Origin: Polyangia bacterium
GTDB lineage: Bacteria > Myxococcota_A > Polyangia > Polyangiales > Polyangiaceae
NCBI GenBank assembly: GCA_030426145.1
Contig: JAUHZF010000008.1
Location: forward strand, 819 to 64,818
Direction of reading: 5' to 3'
DNA length: 64,000 bases
Positions 16,561 to 25,724 of this stretch are shown here, one piece after another (within the stretch, counting starts at the first letter, position 1; the number at the start of each line of letters is the position of its first letter). The position numbers and the translations under genes were made by a program. Under the pieces are notes generated by a model. That model worked only from the letters and a program-made list of their open reading frames with translations. It made no database searches and was not told the origin of the DNA.

Positions 16561-18782
16561 CACTTGTCCTCGACCACCGGAACTAACTCGGGTTGAGGTC
16601 CGGTCGCGGTCAACTTTATGGTCGATGACTTGATCACCACGCTGCCCCCACCGATCGCCACCGAAGAGCCTCCCACCTTGAGAAGGATCTTGGCTCCGTT
16701 CATCGAGACCGCGCCGCCGACGTTCACCGTTAGGTTGCCATTGCTCTCGAAGCCGACCTCGCTCGCCGCGTTTGCCGCCCAGGCTCCGCCGACCGTCGTC
16801 GCCTTGGCGCCGCCCACCTTGACCCCCACGTCGGCACCGCTCGCCTGAACAAGCGCCCCGCCGACTGTGGTCGCCTTCGCCCCTAGCGTGGTGTCGCTCT
16901 TGCCCGTGGCGCAGGCCTCCACCTTGGCGCCCCCAACCGAGATGGTCGTCGCGCCCGCGACGGCGATGCCTACCTCCAGCGCCGCGACTTCCAGGCAGCT
17001 GCCCCCGACCGTCTCGGTGAGCGTGGCCGGGGTGCTGACCCCAACGCTCATCGGCGTCATGGTGGTGTGACTGCCCCCGATGGTCCAGGTGCGGTCGCCT
17101 TTGACGGTGATGTTCTCGCCGCCGCCCACCGTCTTTGTGCGGGAGGCACCAACCGACCAAGTCTGGGCTCCACCGACGGTAAGCTGATGCGCGTCGCCTA
17201 TGGTCGTGGTCTCATTGGCGCCCACATCACGCGTGTGATTGGCCCCCACCGCGACCTGGGCATCGGTGGTCACTTTCTCGGTCTTGTCGTTGGCCACGAC
17301 GAGGTTCTGGTCCTTCTCCGCGTGCACGTGAACGTGCTCGGACCCTGCCGCGTCCTCCATGCGCACCTCATTGTGTCCGCCTCCCCCCGGAGACGACGAA
17401 GACTGAAGCGACGACTGCGTCTTTGATCCAGGGAGGGGATAGGGGGGGCGATAGGTCCCGTTGTAAAGCCGGCCGAGCACGACCGGTCGGTCGGGATTGC
17501 CGTCCTCGAAGTCGACCAGAACCTCCCAGCCAACCCGAGGGATGGCCACCGATCCGCTGGTGTGCATCTGGGTGACTCTCACCCAGGCCGAGCTCGTGTC
17601 ATCAGAGGCTCCTCCGCGGTCGAAGGGGAACTTGACCTTGATGCGGCCGAACTCGTCGCAGTGGATCTCCTCTCCGGGCGGCCCGGTCACGGTGGCTAGC
17701 TGCGGCCCGGGGACCAGGGCCCGCGGTCGTGGATGGCTGCGAAATACCATCGTCGCCGGCAACAAGTGGAACGTGTTCTCGTACTGCCGCTCGGCGTCGT
17801 GGGCGTAGCGATGCGTCACGTTGCGAACCACCCAACGCTCTTCGAAGGCGCCTCCGGGTCCCTCCATCAGAGAAAAAGCGTGGCCCGCGGAGAATCCAAA
17901 GCACGTGCTCATGCCTTCGAGGCCGACCGATGCCGCCGTCCATGCGTCGACCCGCACACGAGCTCTGCGACTTCCCTCCGAAGCATCCGAATACCCCCCC
18001 GGGAAGTCGTACTCTTCCAACCCCAGTACCGCGTCCGACGTCGCTTCCACCTCGAGGAGGCCGGGTCGCTTGAAGTCGTGATCGCGGAGCGTCACCTTCC
18101 CCGGACGCACCTGCTCCACCTCCTCGAGCCAATGGATCGCCTCGGCCCCGGTGAGCGCGCGCTCCTCGCGAAAGATGACCTCGGGCAGATCGACGTAGGC
18201 GCTCGGATCATCGGCGAGCACGACACGCGGCTCCCCGTCCTCGATCTCGACGAAGCCGAAGATCCCGTCTTCGGCCATCAGCCGAAGCAGGAAGTCGTAG
18301 CTCGTCTCGCCGTACTGGGTACAGATCTCCCGTTCAGGCAACGTCCCCGTGATCCGCCACAAGATGCGGTCCGACAGAACCGCTTCGTCGAAGACCTGGC
18401 TTGCGATGTCCTGGCTCGTCATCTCCTGGAAGAGCCGATAGTCCCGCGTGTGCCGAAGCAGAACGAATGGGGACTCGATGACCACCGCGATGTGCTGATG
18501 GGTGTCGCGCCCCTCTATCCCGAGTGGGGTCGCATCCTCCCCCACCGACGTCACCACGCCCGCGAAGTGACGCAACGGCTCACCGTCCCGCATCACGACG
18601 ACGGAGGCGCCACCGAGGAGCCACGCCTGGGGCTCGATCTGGGCGCCGGGCAGAACGACGTCGACGTCGATACGGTAGTCGGGGGTCAGTGACTCGACGA
18701 CGGTGAAGCGTCGAACCGTCACCATGCTCGGGTCGACGCCTTCCACGGCGAAGACCACTTCGTATTGGTCCTTCGTGCTCAT
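16560..18782 (-). CDS. vgrG: Type VI secretion spike protein VgrG, copy 3 in transcription order
   Basis: gp27/gp5 core motifs: LFQEMTSQDIASQV, GPPGEEIHCDEFGRIKVKFPFDR, IPRVGWEVLVDFEDGNPDRPVVLGRLYN. It has a C-terminal beta-helix with VGG repeats. Confidence 0.95.
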   Translation of the reverse strand: MSTKDQYEVVFAVEGVDPSMVTVRRFTVVESLTPDYRIDVDVVLPGAQIEPQAWLLGGASVVVMRDGEPLRHFAGVVTSVGEDATPLGIEGRDTHQHIAVVIESPFVLLRHTRDYRLFQEMTSQDIASQVFDEAVLSDRILWRITGTLPEREICTQYGETSYDFLLRLMAEDGIFGFVEIEDGEPRVVLADDPSAYVDLPEVIFREERALTGAEAIHWLEEVEQVRPGKVTLRDHDFKRPGLLEVEATSDAVLGLEEYDFPGGYSDASEGSRRARVRVDAWTAASVGLEGMSTCFGFSAGHAFSLMEGPGGAFEERWVVRNVTHRYAHDAERQYENTFHLLPATMVFRSHPRPRALVPGPQLATVTGPPGEEIHCDEFGRIKVKFPFDRGGASDDTSSAWVRVTQMHTSGSVAIPRVGWEVLVDFEDGNPDRPVVLGRLYNGTYRPPYPLPGSKTQSSLQSSSSPGGGGHNEVRMEDAAGSEHVHVHAEKDQNLVVANDKTEKVTTDAQVAVGANHTRDVGANETTTIGDAHQLTVGGAQTWSVGASRTKTVGGGENITVKGDRTWTIGGSHTTMTPMSVGVSTPATLTETVGGSCLEVAALEVGIAVAGATTISVGGAKVEACATGKSDTTLGAKATTVGGALVQASGADVGVKVGGAKATTVGGAWAANAASEVGFESNGNLTVNVGGAVSMNGAKILLKVGGSSVAIGGGSVVIKSSTIKLTATGPQPELVPVVEDK

Positions 18783-18790
18783 GGTAGACC

Positions 18791-21004
18791 TCAGTTGTGC
18801 TTCACCACAGAGCCCTTCTTGTTCACGACAGCGCCCGGCGCGAGGATGGTCGGCGCCTTGACCTCGACGCTTCCGCTCTTGACCTTGACCGAGCTCCCCC
18901 CGCAGCGAATCGAGATCTCGCTCTCGGCCTCGATCTCGATGGTAGGCGCATTGGCCAGTAGTGCTCCGCCCACGTTGAAGACCAATGGTCCCGTCGCCTG
19001 CTCGCCGACGTTGCCTCCGGCGGCAATGGCGTAAGCGCCGCCCACCGTCTCGGCGAGGGCCCCTTTGACGCTGGTCTCGACCCCGCTCGCTCCGGCACAG
19101 ACCTTCGCACCGCCGACCGTCTCGGCCACCGCGCCGCCGGTGATGTTGTCGACCCCCGTGGCCGCTGCGCTGACCCAGGCGCCTCCCACGGTGATGCTCA
19201 GGGATCCCAGGACCAAGCGATTCACCCCGAGGGCGGCGACGTCCATCATCGATCCCCCCACCGTGAGGGTACGGCCGCTCTTGGCTTCGACCTTGCTGCC
19301 CATGGTCACGGTCACGGTCCTCGATCCCCCGACTGTCACCGTTTCGGAGCCCTTGATCTGGGTCCCTCGGTCGCCCCCGACCGTCACCGTCTCACTGCCT
19401 CCCACCGTGCAGCTCTGATCGTCGGTAATGCCGCAAACGAGCTGCGTCCCCACCGTTACGTCGAGATTGGAACCAATGGTGTGTGTGTAATCGACGCCCA
19501 CCTTGTCGGTCTTGTTGTCACCAATGGTGACGTTCATGTCCTTGGTCGCGTTCATGAAGATCTCCTCGGAGCCCTTCTTGTCTTCGAACCGGATCTCGTT
19601 GCTGGTTCCGTCCCCCGGGGTCGTGGCCGTCTGCCAGGCCGTGCGCGTCTTGTTCTCGGGAAGTGTGTAGGGAACGGGATGCGTGCCGTCGTAGACGTGA
19701 CCGGCCACGAACGGCACGTCGACATCGTCTTCGTTGAAGCCGACCAGCACATCCCAGCCGATGCGCGGCATGATCATCGAGCCACCCAAGGCGAACTGCC
19801 CCACCCGCATCCAGGTCGACGCTTTGTCGTCCTTGCCCCCTTCGCGGTCCCAGTAGAGCTGCACGCGCACACGCCCGGTGTCGTCGGAGAGGATCTCCTC
19901 CCCCGGCGGACCGACGACGATGCCCGTCTGCGGCCCGCCGGTGCTGCGCGTGGGCGATGTTCGTGCGGCACGGTATCGCGTGTCCACCGCGATGGCGCGC
20001 CACGCCACCGTGAGCTCTTGCTCGACCGGAAGCTCGGCGCCGCCCGAAGAGGTCTCCTTTCCCGGCGTGTAGTTCACCTCGAGCAGCAGGTACGTCCCGT
20101 TCATCGACTCGAGGGGATGGCCCTCGATCTCGAAGGTCATGCCGGGCTGGAGATGGCCCCCAACGGCTTCTCCGTAGGTGACCTCCGCTTCGGCCGTAAG
20201 GGCTTCGAGCTCGACATCGGCGAGCCGCTGCCCCTCGGAGGGGTCGGCGAAGCGCCCGGGACAGTCGTACCGCTCGAGGGTGTCATCGCCGGCCGAGACG
20301 TCGAGCGACAGGCTCGGTTGCTCGAAGTTGTAGTCGCGATAGCGGACTCCCGTCGGCACCATCTCGTGTCGTCGGCCCAGGGAGTGCACCGCCTGGGTCG
20401 CCATCATCAGCCCGGCCGGGTCGCGGAAGGTGAAGGCCGCATCGCCGGGCACCGACGAGGCATGGGTCGTGTCATCGGCGAACACGAGCGTGGTGTCGTC
20501 AGCGGTATGCTCGAAGAAGTAGGTGATGCCCTCTTCGCCCGCGAGCCGAGCGATCACGTCCCAATCCGACTCGCGGTACTGCACGATGTAAGGGCGCACG
20601 GGGAAGCTCCCGTGAACCCGCCACTCCACCGACGCATCGATACTCGCCGTGTCGAGGATCGCCTTGATCGCCGCCACCGCATCCATCTCCTGAAAGATGC
20701 GGCTGTCGGTTCCGTAAGTGAGCTGCGAGACGGCAGGGCCGAGCGTGAGCACGTGCGACACCGCACCCAACGAGCTCATCCGCCTACGAACCCCATAGAC
20801 GTATCCGTGGACGAAGCTTCGCGCTTCGAGGGCATCGCGCAGCGTGAGCTTGAAGGACTTCCCCACGAGCGCATCGACCGCCGGTCCGCCGTCCATGGGA
20901 AGGGTCTCGACCTCCAAGCCGAACGGCTTGGACAGCTCGAAGCGCGCGCGTGCACTGGCCACGCGCATGGTCTCTCCGGATACATCGATCTCGAGCGGAC
21001 GCAT
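18791..21004 (-). CDS. vgrG: Type VI secretion spike protein VgrG, copy 2
   Basis: IFQEMDAVAAIKAILD, GPPGEEILSDDTGRVRVQLYWDREG, MPRIGWDVLVGF, and a C-terminal beta-helix. There is an 8-nt gap to the next vgrG. Confidence 0.95.
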   Translation of the reverse strand: MRPLEIDVSGETMRVASARARFELSKPFGLEVETLPMDGGPAVDALVGKSFKLTLRDALEARSFVHGYVYGVRRRMSSLGAVSHVLTLGPAVSQLTYGTDSRIFQEMDAVAAIKAILDTASIDASVEWRVHGSFPVRPYIVQYRESDWDVIARLAGEEGITYFFEHTADDTTLVFADDTTHASSVPGDAAFTFRDPAGLMMATQAVHSLGRRHEMVPTGVRYRDYNFEQPSLSLDVSAGDDTLERYDCPGRFADPSEGQRLADVELEALTAEAEVTYGEAVGGHLQPGMTFEIEGHPLESMNGTYLLLEVNYTPGKETSSGGAELPVEQELTVAWRAIAVDTRYRAARTSPTRSTGGPQTGIVVGPPGEEILSDDTGRVRVQLYWDREGGKDDKASTWMRVGQFALGGSMIMPRIGWDVLVGFNEDDVDVPFVAGHVYDGTHPVPYTLPENKTRTAWQTATTPGDGTSNEIRFEDKKGSEEIFMNATKDMNVTIGDNKTDKVGVDYTHTIGSNLDVTVGTQLVCGITDDQSCTVGGSETVTVGGDRGTQIKGSETVTVGGSRTVTVTMGSKVEAKSGRTLTVGGSMMDVAALGVNRLVLGSLSITVGGAWVSAAATGVDNITGGAVAETVGGAKVCAGASGVETSVKGALAETVGGAYAIAAGGNVGEQATGPLVFNVGGALLANAPTIEIEAESEISIRCGGSSVKVKSGSVEVKAPTILAPGAVVNKKGSVVKHN

Positions 21005-21008
21005 GTGC

Positions 21009-23312
21009 TCACCCCAGGAGGTTCGGGCTACCAGAGACCTTGATGGCGCCCGATGCGTCGAGGGTCACCATGCCAACGAAGCTCGCCGACGCCGGAGTGA
21101 GGTTGACGATTCCCCCACCGCCGAGGAGATTTGCGACTCCGAGGACGTTGATCGAGACCTTGCTGCCCTTCATGGTGAACTTGCTGCCGGCATTGGCATT
21201 GATGAGGCCACCCACCGTGACGGCAGTAGCCCCCTTCGTGGAGGCGAGCCGATTGCCTCCCGCCGCCTGCACGCAGACGCCACCGACCGTGCAGGCATAG
21301 GCGCCGATGACGGACTCGGTGACCGACTTGCCCGACGCGGCGACCTTGGCGCCCCCGATGGTCTCGGCCTTGGCGCCGGCGACGGCGACCCCCACCCCCA
21401 AGCCGGCGGCGGAGAGCATCGACCCGCCCACGGTCAACGCCTGGGCGCTGGTCGCCGTGCGGTCGATCCCCAGGGCAGCCAGCGCAGTATGGCTGCCCGC
21501 GGTGGTCTCGCTGTCGCTTCCTTCGATGGTGGCGTTGATGGCTCCGCTCACGGTCACCGTCTCGCTCGCACCGACGGTCTTGGAGCGGTCTCCGCTGATC
21601 ATCGTGGTCGCGTTGGCCCCCACGGTGAGAGAGCGGTCGCCCCCGATGGTGACGTCCTGATTGGCCCCGACCTCGAGCGTGCTGTTGACGCCCACCTCCT
21701 GGGTCTCGTTCACGCCAATCTGTTCGGTGCGGTTGTTGTTCGTCTGGCCGTCGAAGTCCTTCGATGCATTGACGAAGAACTCCATGCCGCCGCCCCCGTC
21801 CTCCATACGGTACTCGTTCGACTTCCCGCCACCTGGGCTCGTCGGCGTCTGCAGGGCCATGCGGGTGCCGGCAGATGGGTAGCCGTAGGGAGAGGTCTTC
21901 TCGCCGTTGTAGAGCCTCTGAGCACCGATGGGGCGATCGGGATCACCATCCCAATAGATGACCGACATCTCCCACCCGACCCGGGCTAGGGCCATCGAGC
22001 CGCCGATGGGCAGCTGGAGCGTGCGCATCCAACGCGAGCTGGTGTCGTCGTCAGCGCCGAGCCGGTCCCAGAAGAACTTGCCCTTCATGCGACCGTACTC
22101 GTCGGTGTGGATCTCCGATCCAGAAGGACCGGTGACGACCACGCTGTGATTGCCCCGAAGGCGCGGGAGGGGCGTGCGTCGGGGTGGTCGATATGGAACC
22201 CCACGGTCCATGCACTCGAACCGGTTGGTGTAGCCCTTCTCTTCGTCATCGCCGCGTGGTCGAAGCGACCACTGGTGCTCGACACGACGGAGCAGCCACT
22301 TCTTGTTGAGCGCATCCCGAGCCGCCCCCGCGAGCTCGAACCACCTGCCGGCCCCAAGGGTCGCGATGTTGGAGACGCCACTCCCAAGGCTGCGCTCCGC
22401 CGCGATCTCCTGGGCCCGAATCTCCGCCAAGGCTTGTCCCTCTTCGGGAGTGAGGTGGCCGGCAGTGTACTCGTAGTCGTCGCCGACGGCTTGCCCGGGA
22501 AGGCTGTGCGTGAGGTTGAGGTCGACGGCGGGCGTCTCGAAGTTGTAGTCGCCGACGCTCGCGCTCTCGGCCGTCACCCGCGAAGTCAACCTCAGCCGTC
22601 GAATACCGACCCCGGACGTGTGCTCCCCCACCAGGGGCCACTCCGTGATTCCGTCGATGGGGAGGAACGCACTCTGCGCATCTGCAATGTGCAGGTTGGA
22701 GGTCCCCTCCTCGTCTGCGACGAAATAGAAGATCCCCTCGTGCTCCAGCAGGCGCGAGAAGAAGGCATGATCGGACTCGCGGTACTGCACACAATAGACG
22801 CGGACGGGGAGACTCCGGTGCACGCTCCAATGGCGCGTCGTGTTGGTCAGCGCCCCCCGGTCCAGCACGTCGTCCACGATCTGCTGCGTATCGAGCTCCT
22901 GGAACATGCGAACGTCGGCCTTGATCTCGAGACGCGTCAGCTCGTGGGCGAGCTCGAGCACGTATTGAAGGCCACTGCCATCGATCCCGGCAAACCGCAC
23001 CGCCCGCACGAGAAAGTGGAAAAAGCGCGCCGGGCTTCCGTCGAGGAGCACCACCAGCACCGCCGGCGCACCGAGTGCGCTCGCGAGATCGAGCTCCGAA
23101 GAGGAGACGACGGTGACCTCCGCCCGACTGGATCGCGAGATCTCTTCGACTACCGTGGCACGAACGAGGACGAGCTCAGCGCTCCCCAGCGCGTCGCACC
23201 GCAGCTCGAGATCGAAACGATTGGCCATCTCTCCATCGGCTGCCACGGCGGCCGAGGCTAGCAGGTTCCCGATCCCGTCGGGATCGGTTTTCCTTGAGCG
23301 CAGGGATGCCAT
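21009..23312 (-). CDS. vgrG: Type VI secretion spike protein VgrG, copy 1
   Basis: MFQELDTQQIVDDVLD, GPSGSEIHTDEYGRMKGKFFWDR, ARVGWEMSVIYWDGDPDRPIGAQRLYN. GAGGAG lies 8 nt upstream of the ATG at 23312. An alternative start is Met29 (MANRFDLELR, 23228), preceded by GGAGAG. Confidence 0.93.
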   Translation of the reverse strand: MASLRSRKTDPDGIGNLLASAAVAADGEMANRFDLELRCDALGSAELVLVRATVVEEISRSSRAEVTVVSSSELDLASALGAPAVLVVLLDGSPARFFHFLVRAVRFAGIDGSGLQYVLELAHELTRLEIKADVRMFQELDTQQIVDDVLDRGALTNTTRHWSVHRSLPVRVYCVQYRESDHAFFSRLLEHEGIFYFVADEEGTSNLHIADAQSAFLPIDGITEWPLVGEHTSGVGIRRLRLTSRVTAESASVGDYNFETPAVDLNLTHSLPGQAVGDDYEYTAGHLTPEEGQALAEIRAQEIAAERSLGSGVSNIATLGAGRWFELAGAARDALNKKWLLRRVEHQWSLRPRGDDEEKGYTNRFECMDRGVPYRPPRRTPLPRLRGNHSVVVTGPSGSEIHTDEYGRMKGKFFWDRLGADDDTSSRWMRTLQLPIGGSMALARVGWEMSVIYWDGDPDRPIGAQRLYNGEKTSPYGYPSAGTRMALQTPTSPGGGKSNEYRMEDGGGGMEFFVNASKDFDGQTNNNRTEQIGVNETQEVGVNSTLEVGANQDVTIGGDRSLTVGANATTMISGDRSKTVGASETVTVSGAINATIEGSDSETTAGSHTALAALGIDRTATSAQALTVGGSMLSAAGLGVGVAVAGAKAETIGGAKVAASGKSVTESVIGAYACTVGGVCVQAAGGNRLASTKGATAVTVGGLINANAGSKFTMKGSKVSINVLGVANLLGGGGIVNLTPASASFVGMVTLDASGAIKVSGSPNLLG

Positions 23313-23378
23313 CAGGGAGACTCCTCGCCTCGGAAGTCACCGTCGGCGGGCGACGGAAGAGACCGCGAGGGGAGCACG

Positions 23379-23879
23379 ATGGAGGAGAGCACGACGACGA
23401 CAGCCGTCCCACCGCGTCTCGACGAAGTGCACGGACTCACCCTCAAGGCCCACGCGGAAATCGCAGCCGAGCTGGCAGAAGGCACCGTGCCGCCGGTCGA
23501 CGTGCTCGCCAAGCACGAGCTCGACGAGGCCAAGTGGAACGAGGCCACGACCCAGTGGATGAAGTACCTGGCCGCCGACGTGCAGGCGCGAGGCGCCGAG
23601 GCGCGCGCGCCGCTCGTGTACTCGGACGCCTTCGCGCAAGCACAAGGTCGGCTCGCCGAACCACCCCAGATCAGCGCCGAGGACTACGCGACCTTGGTGG
23701 CGGAGATCATGGCCGCCGGAGATCCGGCCGGACCGCTCGCGCGGCGCGGCTGGTCGAACGCCGACTACATTCGCCTCTCGCGATCGATGGCTACGAAGCT
23801 CGCGAGCGATGAAGAAGCCCACGAGCGATACTTCCATCGGCTCGTTCACCTGCAGCCGAAGGGGGACGTGCAGTCGTGA
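23379..23879 (+). CDS. Hypothetical helical protein; carries LxL...W-x6-W module copy 1
   Basis: 166-aa ORF divergent from vgrG, with GGGGAG 5 nt upstream of the ATG. GC is high at codon position 3. ATGA-type overlap with the next gene. Confidence 0.6.
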   Translation: MEESTTTTAVPPRLDEVHGLTLKAHAEIAAELAEGTVPPVDVLAKHELDEAKWNEATTQWMKYLAADVQARGAEARAPLVYSDAFAQAQGRLAEPPQISAEDYATLVAEIMAAGDPAGPLARRGWSNADYIRLSRSMATKLASDEEAHERYFHRLVHLQPKGDVQS

Positions 23880-24343
23880 CCATCGATGCCACCGTGGAGA
23901 CGACACGCGCCGAGCCCAAGACGAGCGGGGCCACCGAGGGCGAGCTACGCGCGTTGCGCTTGTGCTCCCTCGACGACGAGACGGCCGTCCTCGGCCTCGG
24001 AGGGCGCCAAGTACAGGCGAACATCGACGAAGGTGTCGACCGCGCCGTGTTGGAGGGTGCACGCTCCCGCGGCGAACGGGTCATCGCCGTGCACGAAGCG
24101 GGAACCTGGACCGTCCTCGGCGTTCTTCGAACGCGTGCCACCCCCGGTCTCGAGCCTGGCGACGACTTCACCATCGAAGCGAACCGCGTCAAGGTGATCG
24201 CAGACCACAGCTTTCTCGTGCGAAGCGGACCCACGAGTTTCTCGATGCGGGCACAGGGCTTCGTCGAAACTCTGGCCAAAGACATCTCCACCCGGGCCAC
24301 CGCCGTGCACAAGCTCATCGGGCGGCTGGTCCGCATCAATTGA
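23876..24343 (+). CDS. Hypothetical small protein whose C-terminus resembles a VgrG terminal beta-helix
   Basis: 155 aa. Its C-terminus (TIEANRVKVIADHSFLVRSGPTSFSMRAQGFVETLAKDISTRATAVHKLIGRLVRIN) aligns by eye with the VgrG-2 end (TIEIEAESEISIRCGGSSVKVKSGSVEVKAPTILAPGAVVNKKGSVVKHN). Confidence 0.6.
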   Translation: MTIDATVETTRAEPKTSGATEGELRALRLCSLDDETAVLGLGGRQVQANIDEGVDRAVLEGARSRGERVIAVHEAGTWTVLGVLRTRATPGLEPGDDFTIEANRVKVIADHSFLVRSGPTSFSMRAQGFVETLAKDISTRATAVHKLIGRLVRIN

Positions 24344-24349
24344 CGCGAC

Positions 24350-24673
24350 GTGAGCGACGGCGAGCTTCCTCAGTTCCCAGGGGGACCCGACCCCAACCTA
24401 CCCATTCCGCGAGAGGCCGTAGAGGGCCTCAGCCTCACGCAGTATGGTGCGCTGCTCGCCGAGCTCGTGGCCGCGCCTACCAAACGGGCCGAGATCCTGC
24501 GTGCCCATCGACTCGACGAGCTGCAGTGGAACCGGGTGGAGCAGACCTGGCTCCTGCGGGTCGCAACGGCGGCCATGAAGCGAGATCTGTCGTTTCAGGC
24601 CGAGCTCGACGAAGCCTTCGGCCAGCGGCGCGCGCAGCTGCGGACCTCTGAGGGTCAGCATCATGACGGATGA
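24350..24673 (+). CDS. Hypothetical small helical protein; LxL...W-x6-W module copy 2
   Basis: 107 aa. EGLSLTQYGALLAELV...ILRAHRLDELQWNRVEQTW parallels residues 17-57 of the 23379 protein. Confidence 0.55.
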   Translation: MSDGELPQFPGGPDPNLPIPREAVEGLSLTQYGALLAELVAAPTKRAEILRAHRLDELQWNRVEQTWLLRVATAAMKRDLSFQAELDEAFGQRRAQLRTSEGQHHDG

Positions 24674-25724
24674 TCTTCCTGCTGGGTCCGCCACCATCGC
24701 CGGCGTCGGTGCGCGCACCCACAACGGGTTCACCGCCTTGCAGGTCACCATGGCCCTACGGGCGGATCACATGGACCCGACGATGTCGCACATGGTCGAC
24801 GCGCACGGAGAAGCGATCGCGACCTGCCGCGACATGTCGATCGGCGACGACGTGCAGGGTCTCGCGCGCTTCGTCGCGCTCGCGGTGCGACCTCTGGCCG
24901 AGGCGGCTCGACCTTGGTGCGAGAACGAGATGCGCAGGCGGGGCTCGGTACGACCCCTCCCGGTGGTGGTCGCATTGCCTTCGCCAGATCGCCCTGGCTT
25001 CGACCACGACCTACCGCGGAGCTTCCTCTCCCTGGTCGTCGAAGGCGCAGGCCTACCGGTCGATCCCGCGTCGCGACTCGTCTTCGGGGGAAGGGGCGGC
25101 GGGGTCGAAGCATTCCGGTTGGGCTTGGAGCTGATCCGCGAAGGACGAGAAGCGGTGCTCGTCGGCGGGGTGGACAGCTACTTCGATCCCGACGTGCTCG
25201 AGCACCTCGCATCAGCCCGACGCCTGCACTCTCTCGAAACGGAGAATGGCTTCATCCCCGGCGAGGCCGCGGCTTTCGTCCTCCTGGTTCGGTCGCGAGA
25301 GGCCACGGCCCTCTACGGCTACGGCGAGCTCCTATCGGCGGTGACCCACGCCGAACCGCAACCCTACGGAAGCGAGGAGCCATGCATCGGCCTCGGGATC
25401 ACCGCCGCCGTGCGTGACGCCGTCGCGGTAGTAGGGCCGACGTCGGGCCGAATCCCGTGGGCCCTGACCGACGTCGCCAACGAGCGTCATCGCGTGGATG
25501 AATGGAGCTATGGCATCACGAGGAGCCATCGAGCCCTACACCCGGACGCCGAGCACGAGCAGCCACTGCTGAACACGGGAGACGTGGGCGCCGCGAGCGC
25601 CGCCATGCTGCTCAGCATTGCTTCGGTTCAATGGCAAACGGGATGCGCACACGGAGACTGTGTGCTCATCGGAACACACTCGGACGGCCCCATGCGCGGA
25701 GCCATGGTGGCGCGAGCGAAATGA
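24663..25724 (+). CDS. Beta-ketoacyl-synthase-like (thiolase-fold) protein lacking the catalytic Cys-His-His triad
   Basis: KAS-like blocks: AVLVGGVDS, ENGFIPGEAAAFVLLV, NTGDVGAASAAM (in place of GHxxGAAG). There is no Cys at the expected nucleophile position (FGGRGGGVEAF). Confidence 0.7.
   Translation: MTDDLPAGSATIAGVGARTHNGFTALQVTMALRADHMDPTMSHMVDAHGEAIATCRDMSIGDDVQGLARFVALAVRPLAEAARPWCENEMRRRGSVRPLPVVVALPSPDRPGFDHDLPRSFLSLVVEGAGLPVDPASRLVFGGRGGGVEAFRLGLELIREGREAVLVGGVDSYFDPDVLEHLASARRLHSLETENGFIPGEAAAFVLLVRSREATALYGYGELLSAVTHAEPQPYGSEEPCIGLGITAAVRDAVAVVGPTSGRIPWALTDVANERHRVDEWSYGITRSHRALHPDAEHEQPLLNTGDVGAASAAMLLSIASVQWQTGCAHGDCVLIGTHSDGPMRGAMVARAK

Noticed and set aside
25502-25720. N-terminal extension giving the listed 991-aa form of the HEAT-like protein
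   Set aside because: The extension lies entirely inside the KAS-like gene in another frame and is Arg-rich. The ATG at 25721 forms an ATGA overlap with the upstream stop.
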